From Thermoanaerobaculia bacterium (lineage in GTDB: Bacteria > Acidobacteriota > Thermoanaerobaculia > Multivoradales > Multivoraceae), in NCBI GenBank assembly GCA_963666565.1, contig OY762911.1:1632001-1696000 (forward strand): 64,000 nucleotides of DNA, written 5' to 3'. The translations under genes and the position numbers were made by a program. Shown piece after piece: positions 51,608-60,809 of the stretch (position 1 is its first letter; every line of letters starts with the position of its first letter). The notes beneath the pieces were generated by a model. It saw nothing but the letters and a program-made list of their open reading frames with translations, was not told the DNA's origin and ran no database searches.

Positions 51608-52531
51608 TCACGGGGCCGCCTCCGTGACGCACCGCTCCACGAACGGCATCATCGCCGCGACGCAGTCGGCCGGCCTCTCGAGCTGGAGGAGGTGCGTCGT
51701 GTCCGGCACGAAGTCGTAGTCGAGGGCGAGGATCTCCCTGAGGTCCACGGTGGGGAGAAACGAGAAGGGCACCGTGGGGTCCGAGCCGACGATCTTCGCG
51801 GGACACGAGACGCGGCTCAGGTCCGCCGCTCCCGCCCAGCGAGGGCCTTCCAGGGAAATCCTCGCTTCGTACTCTCGCGGACAGCGCAGTTCGTATCCGT
51901 CGCCGTTCGAGGCTTGCCGAAGCGTTGTGCGCGCGATGAGTTCGGGCGCGCCGGGGCAGAGAAGCTGGAAGCTGGGAGCGCGAAGGACGCGGTCCATGAA
52001 CTCCTCGACGCTCGCGAAGCGTTCACGGCGCCTCAGGGCGGCCTGGCCCAGGCGGCCGAGCATCTTCTCCACCTTCTCGACATCCTCGGGCCGGCAGCCT
52101 GGGGGGCAGACGACCGGGTCGAACAGAACGAGAGCCGAGTACGCCGACTCGCGACTGGCGTGAACGAGCGCCGACTGCGCCGACACCGAGTGGAACACGC
52201 CGATCTTCGACTTGAATCCGAAGTGCCGGTCGATCGCCTGCGCGATCGTCGCGTGGTCTTCGACGAAGGCGCCGATGTTGTGATCCTCGCCGCGTCCGAC
52301 CGGGTTCCATCCGTGGTTGCGGAGGTCGAAGAGAACGACGTCGAACCTGCCGGTGAGCAGCGACCAGAAGGGGTAGTAGGCGTCGGCGGCGAACCCGTTG
52401 CAGTGACTGACGACGAGCCTGGGACCGCCGGGGTTGCCGTGCCGCCTGAGAACGATCGTCGCGCCATCGGCCATGCGGGCTTCGGCCGTCGCCAAGGGCT
52501 TCGGCACTTCCCAGCGTTGCGGTTGGTTCAT
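51608..52531 (-). CDS. Alpha/beta hydrolase fold protein
   Basis: SHCNGF, DLRNHG, HSVSA elbow, THLLQLERP. Confidence 0.8.
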   Translation of the reverse strand: MNQPQRWEVPKPLATAEARMADGATIVLRRHGNPGGPRLVVSHCNGFAADAYYPFWSLLTGRFDVVLFDLRNHGWNPVGRGEDHNIGAFVEDHATIAQAIDRHFGFKSKIGVFHSVSAQSALVHASRESAYSALVLFDPVVCPPGCRPEDVEKVEKMLGRLGQAALRRRERFASVEEFMDRVLRAPSFQLLCPGAPELIARTTLRQASNGDGYELRCPREYEARISLEGPRWAGAADLSRVSCPAKIVGSDPTVPFSFLPTVDLREILALDYDFVPDTTHLLQLERPADCVAAMMPFVERCVTEAAP

Positions 52532-52595
52532 CGGTCGGGCGGGCTTGGCGGAGAACGCTTGATTCTAGCGGCGTGCTGTGTGCTAAGTTCGGCCC

Positions 52596-52835
52596 ATGCG
52601 ATTGCACATCGCGCTGGACGACGACCTCGTGGCCGAACTCGACCGGCGTGCCGGCCCCAGGCAGCGTAGCGCCTTCATCGCTGAACTGATCCAGCGGGGA
52701 CTCGACGACGAACGGCGCTGGGACGACATCGAAGCGGCGCTTGGCGGCATCTCCGACACGGGCCACGAGTGGGACGACGACCCGGCGGAGTGGGTGCGAC
52801 GCCAGCGGCGCGGCGACCGTCGGCGTTCAGGCTGA
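52596..52835 (+). CDS. RHH/CopG-type antitoxin
   Basis: MRLHIALDDDLVAELDRRAG..RSAFI; precedes a PIN gene. Confidence 0.8.
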   Translation: MRLHIALDDDLVAELDRRAGPRQRSAFIAELIQRGLDDERRWDDIEAALGGISDTGHEWDDDPAEWVRRQRRGDRRRSG

Positions 52836-52837
52836 CC

Positions 52838-53227
52838 TTGAGCCGCCTGTTGCTCGATTCGACCGTGCTCATCGACGCCCTTCGGGGCCGTCGGGCGGCT
52901 GCGCAGGTAGCGGCTCTTCGCCGGCAAGGGACCGAGCCGTGGGTATGCGTCGTTTCGGTGGATGAGATCTGGAGGGGCATTCGACCCGGTGAAGAGTTGG
53001 CGGCGAGGAGGCTCTTCAGGGGCCTTCGTCTCGCTCCTCTGGGGAAGGCCCAGGGAATGGTGGCCGGCCGCTGGCGCCGCGAGTTCGCCGAGATGGGCGT
53101 CACGTTGCACCAAGCCGACTGCCTGATCGCCGCGGCCGCCGTCGGCGTCGGCGCCGCATTGGCCACGGCCAACGTGCGCGACTACCCGATGGCGGCGGTC
53201 GAGGTGAGAGAATGGCCAGTGGGTTAG
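52838..53227 (+). CDS. vapC: PIN-domain toxin (VapC-like)
   Basis: LLLDSTVLID, DCLIAAAA, ATANVRDYP; TTG start. Confidence 0.88.
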   Translation: MSRLLLDSTVLIDALRGRRAAAQVAALRRQGTEPWVCVVSVDEIWRGIRPGEELAARRLFRGLRLAPLGKAQGMVAGRWRREFAEMGVTLHQADCLIAAAAVGVGAALATANVRDYPMAAVEVREWPVG

Positions 53228-53633
53228 GGTATCGGCCGGAGGCCCAAAGGCCGCGCCGTTCCCCAGGGAGTCGCTCGGAGCCCGAGCGGTCCTGTTCACC
53301 TTTGAGCAAGGACGCGGAAGCCGAAGCGGAGACCATGTAGAGCCGCAACGCCGGGTTGGTGCCTCATGCGACATGGAGAGCGCCATCCGTGGACACCGCT
53401 TGCAGACTCTGGGACTCCGCTCCACCCTTGGACGCCGTTGCTTCAATCTCCGAATGTAGGCATGAAGCCCGCGCGGGCGTCGGCGCCTTGATGTCGCAAC
53501 TTCCTCCGGCGGCCGCGTGGCACCGACTCCCGGTGATTCTTGGTTTGTGTACAATGGTCGAATCCAAGCAGCTCATGCCAACGGCGCAACGGCTCGTGTC
53601 GCAGAGCGCCGAAAAGTCCTGGGGACACTATAG

Positions 53634-54731
53634 ATGAGAAAAGAAACGAATGAATGGAGCGTCCGCATGCTCGCGGACCTTAGGCCTCGAATCAACGTCG
53701 AGGCGGAGTACCAGCGCAGCAGCGTCTGGTCGCGGGCACAACAGGCGCTCTTGATTGACTCGATTCTCAGAGGCTTCGATGTTCCTAAGATCTACCTCAG
53801 GAAGCTGCCAGATGGAAGTCCTCATCTCTTCGATGTTGTCGACGGGAAGCAGCGGCTTACAGCCATCTGGTCGTTCCTCGAGGATGATTTACCACTCCTG
53901 AAGACAGCCGAGACCTTTCCGGAGGTGGGTGATCTAGGCGGTCGGTCATGGTCAGAGCTTCCGGATCCGGCCCGAGATCGGCTGCAGTTCTCCAGCATTA
54001 CCGTATCGAAGCTGGAGAACGCGTCGGAAGACGACATTCGGGAGTTGTTCCTTAGACTCCAAAAGGGTGAGCCACTCAAGGCTGCGGAGAAGCGCAATGC
54101 TATGGTGGGTCCCGTACGCGACTTCGTCGCGGACACGCTGGCCTGCCATCCGTTCTGGTCTAAGTCTGGAATTCGGGAGGCACGACTTGGCTGGCATGAG
54201 CATTCAGCCATCGTTCTCTCCCTTGCAATACAAGGTGGACCAACCGGAGTAAAGGGAGCGGACCTTCAGCAGCTCTACAGCGAACAGGACTTCGATGCTA
54301 GCGGCGATGCGGCAGAGCGCGCTGTGAGTGTTCTTTCGGCCTTGGAGACGGTGGAGGACGCGGAGGGAGACGCTCTCATTCGCAACCGGTGGGCGGTAGT
54401 GGATTTGGCTGTCGTTGTGATGCGACTTCATCTAGAGGGGCGAACGGTTGACCCGGTGCTCCTTTCTAGCTTCTTTCAGGGCTTCGAGACGGAGCGCTTG
54501 AGGGTTGGACGGGAGCTAAGGAACCTGCAGACGGAGGTCATCGAGTTGTCGACCGATGAGTCGGGTGACGATCTCACGATCTTCCTGCCTTCGGCGGCGC
54601 CCGACATGTTGGTGTACTACCTAGCGTTTTCCAGGGAGGGGGCAAGTAAGGAGAGCGTCCAGAAGCGTACCGACGTCATGTACGAACGTTACATGCAGTT
54701 CTGTGCGTCGGGAAGCGAGGACCCCGAGTGA
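53634..54731 (+). CDS. DUF262 (GmrS/SspE-N-like) protein
   Basis: YQRSSVW, LIDSILRG..P, VVDGKQRLTAI, FLRLQKGEPL. Confidence 0.88.
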   Translation: MRKETNEWSVRMLADLRPRINVEAEYQRSSVWSRAQQALLIDSILRGFDVPKIYLRKLPDGSPHLFDVVDGKQRLTAIWSFLEDDLPLLKTAETFPEVGDLGGRSWSELPDPARDRLQFSSITVSKLENASEDDIRELFLRLQKGEPLKAAEKRNAMVGPVRDFVADTLACHPFWSKSGIREARLGWHEHSAIVLSLAIQGGPTGVKGADLQQLYSEQDFDASGDAAERAVSVLSALETVEDAEGDALIRNRWAVVDLAVVVMRLHLEGRTVDPVLLSSFFQGFETERLRVGRELRNLQTEVIELSTDESGDDLTIFLPSAAPDMLVYYLAFSREGASKESVQKRTDVMYERYMQFCASGSEDPE

Positions 54732-55456
54732 GATTCTCTCGGCCAGTTCTGTTCAGGGCGGCTAGGGTTCTGGCGGTGGTGGTACTTGGCGTACTCGGGG
54801 TCGTGGCTAGTGGTAACTCCGTGGGGATGGGCGTAGCTGCCGGTCTTTGCGGTGTTGCGGTTGTTGTTCTAGAGGTGGGGAGCGCGCGTTGGGAAGGTCG
54901 TTCGGCAAATCCGCTTGGTGCGAAGCATGACGCGGTTCTCGGTCGGGCGATGACCCTGATAGCAGATCTCGCGCAGCTAGCCGGAAGGGAGTACGATCTT
55001 TGGGTGGTGGATTTGTATCTTCCGAAGTACGAGCTATTGGCGTGGTCCCCTTCTCGCTCGGGAACGTTGGGGTTAGCCGTGCACTTGGCGTTGACGGATA
55101 CCCGGAGCGTTCCCAATCAGTTGGATGTCGACGACTCCCTCATAGGATCCGTCTTTTCGGAGTGTCGGCCCGCGCACTGGTGGGATGAGACGCTCGCATC
55201 TTCGGCGGACGAAAATCGGTGGTGGGGGCTTGACGAGAAGAGCAGAGAGCGGTTTCGGGATGAGGAGTACGGTGTGATGAGTGCTTTTCCTGTGGTGAGT
55301 AGCCTGGGTACCGACTGTTGCGGTGTGCTTGTCGTGCACGTCAGGCGCGACGTCGAGGCCGCGACCAAGGCGCTTTCGGTGCTTCGGCAGGAGGAGGGGA
55401 AGCGCAGAGTAGCGGCGGCCTGCCGTGACATGTTCAACCAGTTGAGGTCGGCATAG
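54728..55456 (+). CDS. Hypothetical protein with two N-terminal TM helices
   Basis: GTGA overlap with DUF262; two hydrophobic segments, then a soluble domain (possibly GAF-like: VMSAFPVV...CGVLVVH). Confidence 0.6.
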   Translation: MRFSRPVLFRAARVLAVVVLGVLGVVASGNSVGMGVAAGLCGVAVVVLEVGSARWEGRSANPLGAKHDAVLGRAMTLIADLAQLAGREYDLWVVDLYLPKYELLAWSPSRSGTLGLAVHLALTDTRSVPNQLDVDDSLIGSVFSECRPAHWWDETLASSADENRWWGLDEKSRERFRDEEYGVMSAFPVVSSLGTDCCGVLVVHVRRDVEAATKALSVLRQEEGKRRVAAACRDMFNQLRSA

Positions 55457-55547
55457 GGTTGGCGGAGGCTCGGAGACTCAGGGGTCGTACCGGGTAGGAG
55501 GGCAGGGAAGAGAACGGTTGAGTGGTCAAGTGACCCGGAGAGCGGCG

Positions 55548-56390
55548 TCACTTGTGGCATGCCAAGCACACCTTCGCCTGTCCATAGAGATCGTCGATAT
55601 CCAGAACCTCGGCGTCCGGCCGTAGCGGATTGGGCTGCAGCGTCGCTCGCGTCCGCGCTAGTCGCCGCTGATGATCTTGTCGAATCTGCTCGACGCGCTC
55701 CGGTCGTTCCAGTTCGATCAGGGACTCGCCCTGACTCCAAGTGAAAGGCGACCCGTGTTCAACGGCGGTCTTCTCGTAGGCCTTGGCCTCTTCGAACGCG
55801 TCCGGATGGCGCTCCCTTAGGCGAACCCACTCGATCTTCTGCTGGAAGAAGCAGAACGTGCAGCCGCTCCGAGTGCGCCACTCGTAGTATGTCGGCAATC
55901 CCAATCCGGCGCTGTAGAGGAGCTCAAGCACGCCTTCCTTGTTGATTCCGGCTTCCTTCAAGGGCAAGCGCACCTTGAGGTTCTCGCGTTTTGAGGAGTA
56001 GCCCTCGCGGTACTCTTCGTCGGCCCGGATGGCGACGTAGCTGGTCACTGTGGTGCCCTCCTCAAGTGCTGGTCGGACCCAACTTTCGAAGGGGCGCAGC
56101 TTGAGCATGCGGGTGCACCAGCGGCTCTGAGCGGACGGCAGGAAGTCGTTGTATCGCTTGAGCCAGAAGTCGAAGTCGCGGTCCGGGTTGAGCCGGAGAA
56201 TCGGCTTGCCCAGGAATCCTTCGAGGCGATTGAGGAACTCATAGACCTCTGGAAGTTCCTTGCCGGTGTCGGTGAAGAAGTAGTCGATGTCGAGGTCGGG
56301 ATGGTTCTGGCGCATGTGTACGGCCAGAGCGGCGCTGTCTCGACCGCCCGAGAGACCCAGGACGTGCCATTCGGTCCGTTCACTGCTCAT
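55548..56390 (-). CDS. PAPS-reductase-family protein (SspD/DndC-like)
   Basis: LSGGRDS PP-loop, DTGKELPE, RWCT, RSGCTFC, C-terminal CLACHK. Confidence 0.85.
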   Translation of the reverse strand: MSSERTEWHVLGLSGGRDSAALAVHMRQNHPDLDIDYFFTDTGKELPEVYEFLNRLEGFLGKPILRLNPDRDFDFWLKRYNDFLPSAQSRWCTRMLKLRPFESWVRPALEEGTTVTSYVAIRADEEYREGYSSKRENLKVRLPLKEAGINKEGVLELLYSAGLGLPTYYEWRTRSGCTFCFFQQKIEWVRLRERHPDAFEEAKAYEKTAVEHGSPFTWSQGESLIELERPERVEQIRQDHQRRLARTRATLQPNPLRPDAEVLDIDDLYGQAKVCLACHK

Positions 56391-59300
56391 GAGGTGCCGG
56401 GCTCCGCGTCATCCGCCCCGGTGGCCGAAGGGGAGGCCAAGTAGCGGGCACTTACTTCGGCGAGCGCCGCAAGGACGATGCTGCGGCGCCCGTTTCCGGC
56501 CTCGGTCAGGACGGCATCGAGCCTTGAAGCGAGCGACTCGACATCCGGCCGGTCGAGGTCCCCTACCGCGAACTCGTCGTGCAGGGTGGCCGGAGCGCCT
56601 TCCAGGCCGACGACGACGGCCATCGAGTGGCGCTTGTCGACGCGGCCCTTGACGCGGGCGAAGGCCTCGGCGCGAAGGAAGCCCTGGGCCAGGGCTGCGA
56701 TCTCGACGGTGGCTCGGTCGATGTCGGGATCAACCCAGGCTTGCGGCGGCTTGTTGACTGCCAGGCTGGCGAGCCCTTTGATGTCGTCCTCGGTCCCCTC
56801 GAAGCGGGACAGCCGGACGATGAAGGCCTCGAGACGGTGGTCGCCGCCCAGCTCACGAATGTTCTCGGCGCGATGCCGCAGTTCGCCGAGCATGGCAGGT
56901 GAGGAGTTCGGCACCTGAAGCTCCGAGAGCAGGACCTCTCGCAACCGGCCGAGCATCGCAGGCCATGCCTCGATGAGCTCCGACAGGCCCTGCCGCACGC
57001 GTTCCGCGATGCGCGCAGCAGCATCTTCTTCGGCATCGGCATGAGGCTCCTTCAGGAGCTCGGGCATGTCGTCGAACAGGAGGCGGTTCGGGTCCTTCGC
57101 TTGCCGGAACAAGTGGCGGATGTCGCGAGCGTTGCGCGAGAGTCGCTGCGTACGGCCTGTCCAGGACGGCAGCCTGTCGTGGATCGCTACCAGGCCTCTG
57201 GCCACGTCGATCGGTTCCAAGTACGCGAGTGCGTTGGCGGGGTCCAGGTCCCGAACGACTTCCGCCAACTCAGCGAGTAGTTGCCTGGAAACGCCGCCCA
57301 GGTCCATCCACCGAAACTGAATGTCCGATGCGTCTCGCACCAGGAAGTCGAGGTCCAGGTCCGTGATACGGGTTTGGAACACGCGTTCCCGGTAGAAGGC
57401 CAATTCGCTGTGGTGAGACAGCAGAAGGGCCACCGAGAGTACGGGGAGGAGGCCGTCTTTGATGCCGAGCGGGGGCTGGCGCCAGATGTCGTGGATTTCG
57501 CTGACCGCTACAGCGCGATGGGCGTTGCTCACGAGGAAGTCCCGGGCCGCTTGCCATGCAGGCGCCAGGTGGTGAGTGTCCGAGAGACCCGGCTCGGGCG
57601 CCATGAAGCGCCAGCCGTCCTCCGATCTTCGGTACAACCCGGTCGCCAACAGGAGGGAAACGAAGAGGCCTGCTTCGGCCGGAAACGCCTCGATGCCGAG
57701 CCGTGTCTCGCCCTCGTTCAGCACCATGCGCCGGAGAAGGGCGTTCTGCGCGGCGACAGCGTTGCTCGATGGTCTTGCCCGACCGAGGAGTTCGTTGTGG
57801 AGCCTGGGCGCGTCGTGGAACCGGGCATCGGCCAAGTCGGAGGCCAAGGCGCTCAGGCCGGCGCGTGAGAGTTGAGCGGGCCGTGCATCCTTGCCGTACC
57901 AGGACGCGCTGTCGAACATTCGCGTGATCTCGGTTTCGAGGCTCTGCTCCACGGCTTCGATGCGTGCGTGAACCTCAGCACGAGCGACGCGGTCCCCTTG
58001 CAGCTCGGGAGTTTCGTCCCGCACCCGTTCCAGTGCGGTCAGTTCTCTCGCCAAGTCTCGGATGCCCCATGCGCTGGGGGAGAATCCCGCGAGGACGTCC
58101 CACTCACCGGAGGAGTCGGCGGCATCTCGACACAGGGCCCTCGCTTCGTGCTCCGATTCGCCTTGGGTGGGAATCCCTAGGAGGAAGGCCCCGATCGAGC
58201 CCTGTTGCGGGGAGAAGTCGGCGGCGGCTTGCCCCAACTCCTCCAAAGGCAGAACACTGACATCGAACCACCGGAGGGCCCCTGTCTGGTGGTAGTGGCG
58301 CTTCGCCACGACGTGATCAAGTTCGGTCGACGTGCGCAACACGCGGAAGTCCAGCGCACCGGGTGCGAGAGTTTTGGCTTCGAGCGCTCGGTCGATGTCG
58401 AAGTCGCTGCCCTCGAAGACCGCCCAAGCGTTGGAGAACTTCCGGAAGACTATGAGTGAGCGATCACGCAGGCCTTCCAGAGCGGTAGCGATCTCCTTAG
58501 CCTCGTGTTCCCGGCAAGCCAGCCCAAGTAGCTCTTCGCTAGCCGTCAGGCCGGAGCTTTCCTTGAGCAGGTCCAGGAGCGCGATCACCTTGAGCAGCCT
58601 CTGATCCAGTTCGTCGCATCCCATAGCTTCGCTTCGGCCGAGGGCGTAGGAGGCGAGCGACCAGCGGTGGCTATCCGGCGACACGAGGATCGACGGTTCC
58701 AGGTTGGCGCGCAGATAGTCCCAGAGGCGGTCGGGGGTGTAGATCTCCTCTTCGTTGGCGGTGCGCAAGAAGTCCTGGAAGCCGAGAGGTTCGGCTGAGT
58801 TGAGGAATGCGAACAGGCTCCTCTGGTTCTGTCCGAAGCGACGCCGAGAAAGCGGGCCCAGCAGGCAGGCGACGATGGGGTGCAAGGGCCAGCAGTCGTC
58901 CAGCCTTTCGGCCAGGGTGGTCGATGTCCGCCGTGAGAGTTGGGCTACCTGCGCCGCCAGTTGGCGCGGTCGCTGCGGCCGATGCCCGTTCTCGATCGCT
59001 CGGCCGAGAAGCTCGATCTGTTCCTCGCCGGCCGTGTTGATCGGCAGGTCTACGAACCGGCCCTGGATCTTCGCCCAGTCGTCGCGGGCCTCTCGCGAGA
59101 GCCGATGCGCGTACTCGGCGAAAGCCTGATGGAGGATTCCGACGATGATGAGCCGCCCGCCGCTTCGAGACGCGCGTTCCGCCAATCGTTGAAAGAGGTG
59201 GATGTCGGACCCGTCGTGCGCCGCCGCTTCGAGGAACTTGCCCATCTCGTCGATGAATACGAAGAGACCGCCGCCTGCGCGGGGGTGCCGACCCGCGAGC

Positions 59301-59758
59301 TCCTCCAGCGCGTCAAGGACGCGCGTCTCCGTCCAGGAGTCCGGCGGCAGCCACTCCGACGCTTCGATCGCTTGACCGATGACTCGGGCCGGAGCGTCGC
59401 GCCGGGCGGACACGGGGAGGACCAGCCAGCCACGGGTCCGTGGCGGAAGGGCGCCGGTTAGCGCGTCGAACGTAGCTTCGCCCAGCAGGGATTGGGCCTC
59501 GTTCCGGAGGCGCTTCGCGCCGTTCAGCGCTGCGCCCAGGACGACCGCCAAGCTAGACTTGCCGGCGCCGTAGGGCCCCGTCCAAGTGAACGCGCCCTGT
59601 CCGGTGCTTGCTACGTGGTGGGCCATGATCTCAAGGGCTTCGGCTGAAGAGCGGGGGCAGATGAACCCTTTCAGGGCGGACGGGTCGCTCATGTCCGAGC
59701 CGATGTTGATGGCGCGTTGGTAGCGCCGCGCTACGTGGACCCGTTCTGCCAGCGTCAC
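56387..59758 (-). CDS. Large P-loop ATPase (SspC-like)
   Basis: GPYGAGKS Walker A, FIDEMGK Walker B, KIQGRF, WPLHP, GQNQRSLF; GTG start overlapping the DUF4007 stop. Confidence 0.82.
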   Translation of the reverse strand: MTLAERVHVARRYQRAINIGSDMSDPSALKGFICPRSSAEALEIMAHHVASTGQGAFTWTGPYGAGKSSLAVVLGAALNGAKRLRNEAQSLLGEATFDALTGALPPRTRGWLVLPVSARRDAPARVIGQAIEASEWLPPDSWTETRVLDALEELAGRHPRAGGGLFVFIDEMGKFLEAAAHDGSDIHLFQRLAERASRSGGRLIIVGILHQAFAEYAHRLSREARDDWAKIQGRFVDLPINTAGEEQIELLGRAIENGHRPQRPRQLAAQVAQLSRRTSTTLAERLDDCWPLHPIVACLLGPLSRRRFGQNQRSLFAFLNSAEPLGFQDFLRTANEEEIYTPDRLWDYLRANLEPSILVSPDSHRWSLASYALGRSEAMGCDELDQRLLKVIALLDLLKESSGLTASEELLGLACREHEAKEIATALEGLRDRSLIVFRKFSNAWAVFEGSDFDIDRALEAKTLAPGALDFRVLRTSTELDHVVAKRHYHQTGALRWFDVSVLPLEELGQAAADFSPQQGSIGAFLLGIPTQGESEHEARALCRDAADSSGEWDVLAGFSPSAWGIRDLARELTALERVRDETPELQGDRVARAEVHARIEAVEQSLETEITRMFDSASWYGKDARPAQLSRAGLSALASDLADARFHDAPRLHNELLGRARPSSNAVAAQNALLRRMVLNEGETRLGIEAFPAEAGLFVSLLLATGLYRRSEDGWRFMAPEPGLSDTHHLAPAWQAARDFLVSNAHRAVAVSEIHDIWRQPPLGIKDGLLPVLSVALLLSHHSELAFYRERVFQTRITDLDLDFLVRDASDIQFRWMDLGGVSRQLLAELAEVVRDLDPANALAYLEPIDVARGLVAIHDRLPSWTGRTQRLSRNARDIRHLFRQAKDPNRLLFDDMPELLKEPHADAEEDAAARIAERVRQGLSELIEAWPAMLGRLREVLLSELQVPNSSPAMLGELRHRAENIRELGGDHRLEAFIVRLSRFEGTEDDIKGLASLAVNKPPQAWVDPDIDRATVEIAALAQGFLRAEAFARVKGRVDKRHSMAVVVGLEGAPATLHDEFAVGDLDRPDVESLASRLDAVLTEAGNGRRSIVLAALAEVSARYLASPSATGADDAEPGTS

Positions 59759-60711
59759 TAGGCCACCTTCTCGCGGCCGGACAGTACGTAGTCCTGCTCG
59801 ATGAAGTCGAGCGCTTCGGCCTCGCCCACCGTGTGCGTGCGGATCAACTGCTTCAGTCCCGCGGTCTCGGACCACCGGTACACGCCCCCGGTGTCTTCTT
59901 CCATTCCGAGGAGCCGGTCTGCGAGCGCGTCCTCGTCCAGCAGGAACACCCTGCCGGGCGATCCCGGCTCGTGGGCGAGAGCTTCGAACGACAGCGTCGC
60001 GGCGGCGGAGTAGAGATCCCAGAACTCGGTCACGGCCAGAGCGAACACGCCGGCTCCGAGCGTCGGCTTCTGACCTCGCATGAAGCGGAAGCCGTCACGG
60101 CTTCCCGCGGAGCGGATCAGGCCGAGTTCCGTCAGCGGCGACTCCAGGGCGTCCTCGTAGCTCGCCTTGGCCGAGGTTGGGCGTCGAACGTAACTGCGAA
60201 CGAAGCACTTGACGTCGTTGGCGATCGTGGTTGCCGCCGCTCGTGGCCACCGCCGGTCCTGCTTGAGCTTCAAGATCCCTTGAACCAGCGCATCGCGCTC
60301 GAACGTCATGGACGGATAGTGACCGAACGCCCAGAACCATGTCGTGTTTTTCGGGTTTCCGCAGAGGCGCCAGTGAACGAGCCAAGTCGTCGCCGGGACC
60401 TCCATGTAGGGGTCGAGACCGTCGTCGGCGAACAGGCGTCGCCCGAGTTCGGTAGGCGAGGGCTTGCCGCTCGTCTCCTCGACCACGCCGGCGGCACCGG
60501 CCCAATGGCGCATCGATGCCACCATGTTCCGCCCGACTCCGAACCGGGCGATCGCGTCATCCGCCAGGAAGACGGACTTACCCCCGGCCGGCTCGCCACC
60601 GGTCGCCACCGCGTCGAACGCCTTCTTTAGCCATCCGTAGCGGAGCGGGAAGGTCTCGTGCCCCGAGAGCTTCGGCCGGTATCCGTCTTCGTATAGAGGG
60701 CCTCGGAACAT
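59758..60711 (-). CDS. DUF4007 protein (SspB-like)
   Basis: SGHETFPLRYGWLKK, FGVGRNMVASMRHW, DPYME, W..HW.L, PGRVF.L, ETAGL.Q. Confidence 0.9.
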   Translation of the reverse strand: MFRGPLYEDGYRPKLSGHETFPLRYGWLKKAFDAVATGGEPAGGKSVFLADDAIARFGVGRNMVASMRHWAGAAGVVEETSGKPSPTELGRRLFADDGLDPYMEVPATTWLVHWRLCGNPKNTTWFWAFGHYPSMTFERDALVQGILKLKQDRRWPRAAATTIANDVKCFVRSYVRRPTSAKASYEDALESPLTELGLIRSAGSRDGFRFMRGQKPTLGAGVFALAVTEFWDLYSAAATLSFEALAHEPGSPGRVFLLDEDALADRLLGMEEDTGGVYRWSETAGLKQLIRTHTVGEAEALDFIEQDYVLSGREKVA

Positions 60712-60723
60712 CGGTCTGCGGGG

Positions 60724-60798
60724 CTGGACGCTGTGTCCAGTTCGACAGTAGGCCATTCCGTTGCTAGCGTCAAGGCCGCGCCTGGACTCCGCGTCCAG
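60724..60798. promoter_or_regulatory. Divergent promoter region with two CTGGAC-N5-GTCCAG palindromes and a minus-strand sigma70 promoter
   Basis: Palindromes at 60724-60740 and 60782-60798; TTGACG (60773-60768), 17 nt, TACTGT (60750-60745) on the minus strand. Confidence 0.65.
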
Positions 60799-60809
60799 CC
60801 GCCTCCTGC

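Noticed and set aside
53228-53633. tRNA, att site or integrase remnant at the island border
   Set aside because: No cloverleaf/TTC-loop pattern, direct repeat or integrase motif seen.
55548-56390. Housekeeping cysH (sulfate assimilation)
   Set aside because: Context (DUF4007, ATPase, desulfurase) fits the DNA-modification clade; no cys genes nearby.
55548-60711. BREX type 4
   Set aside because: No pglZ or brxL in the window, and DUF4007 and the PAPS-reductase-like gene are separate; cannot be fully excluded beyond base 64000.
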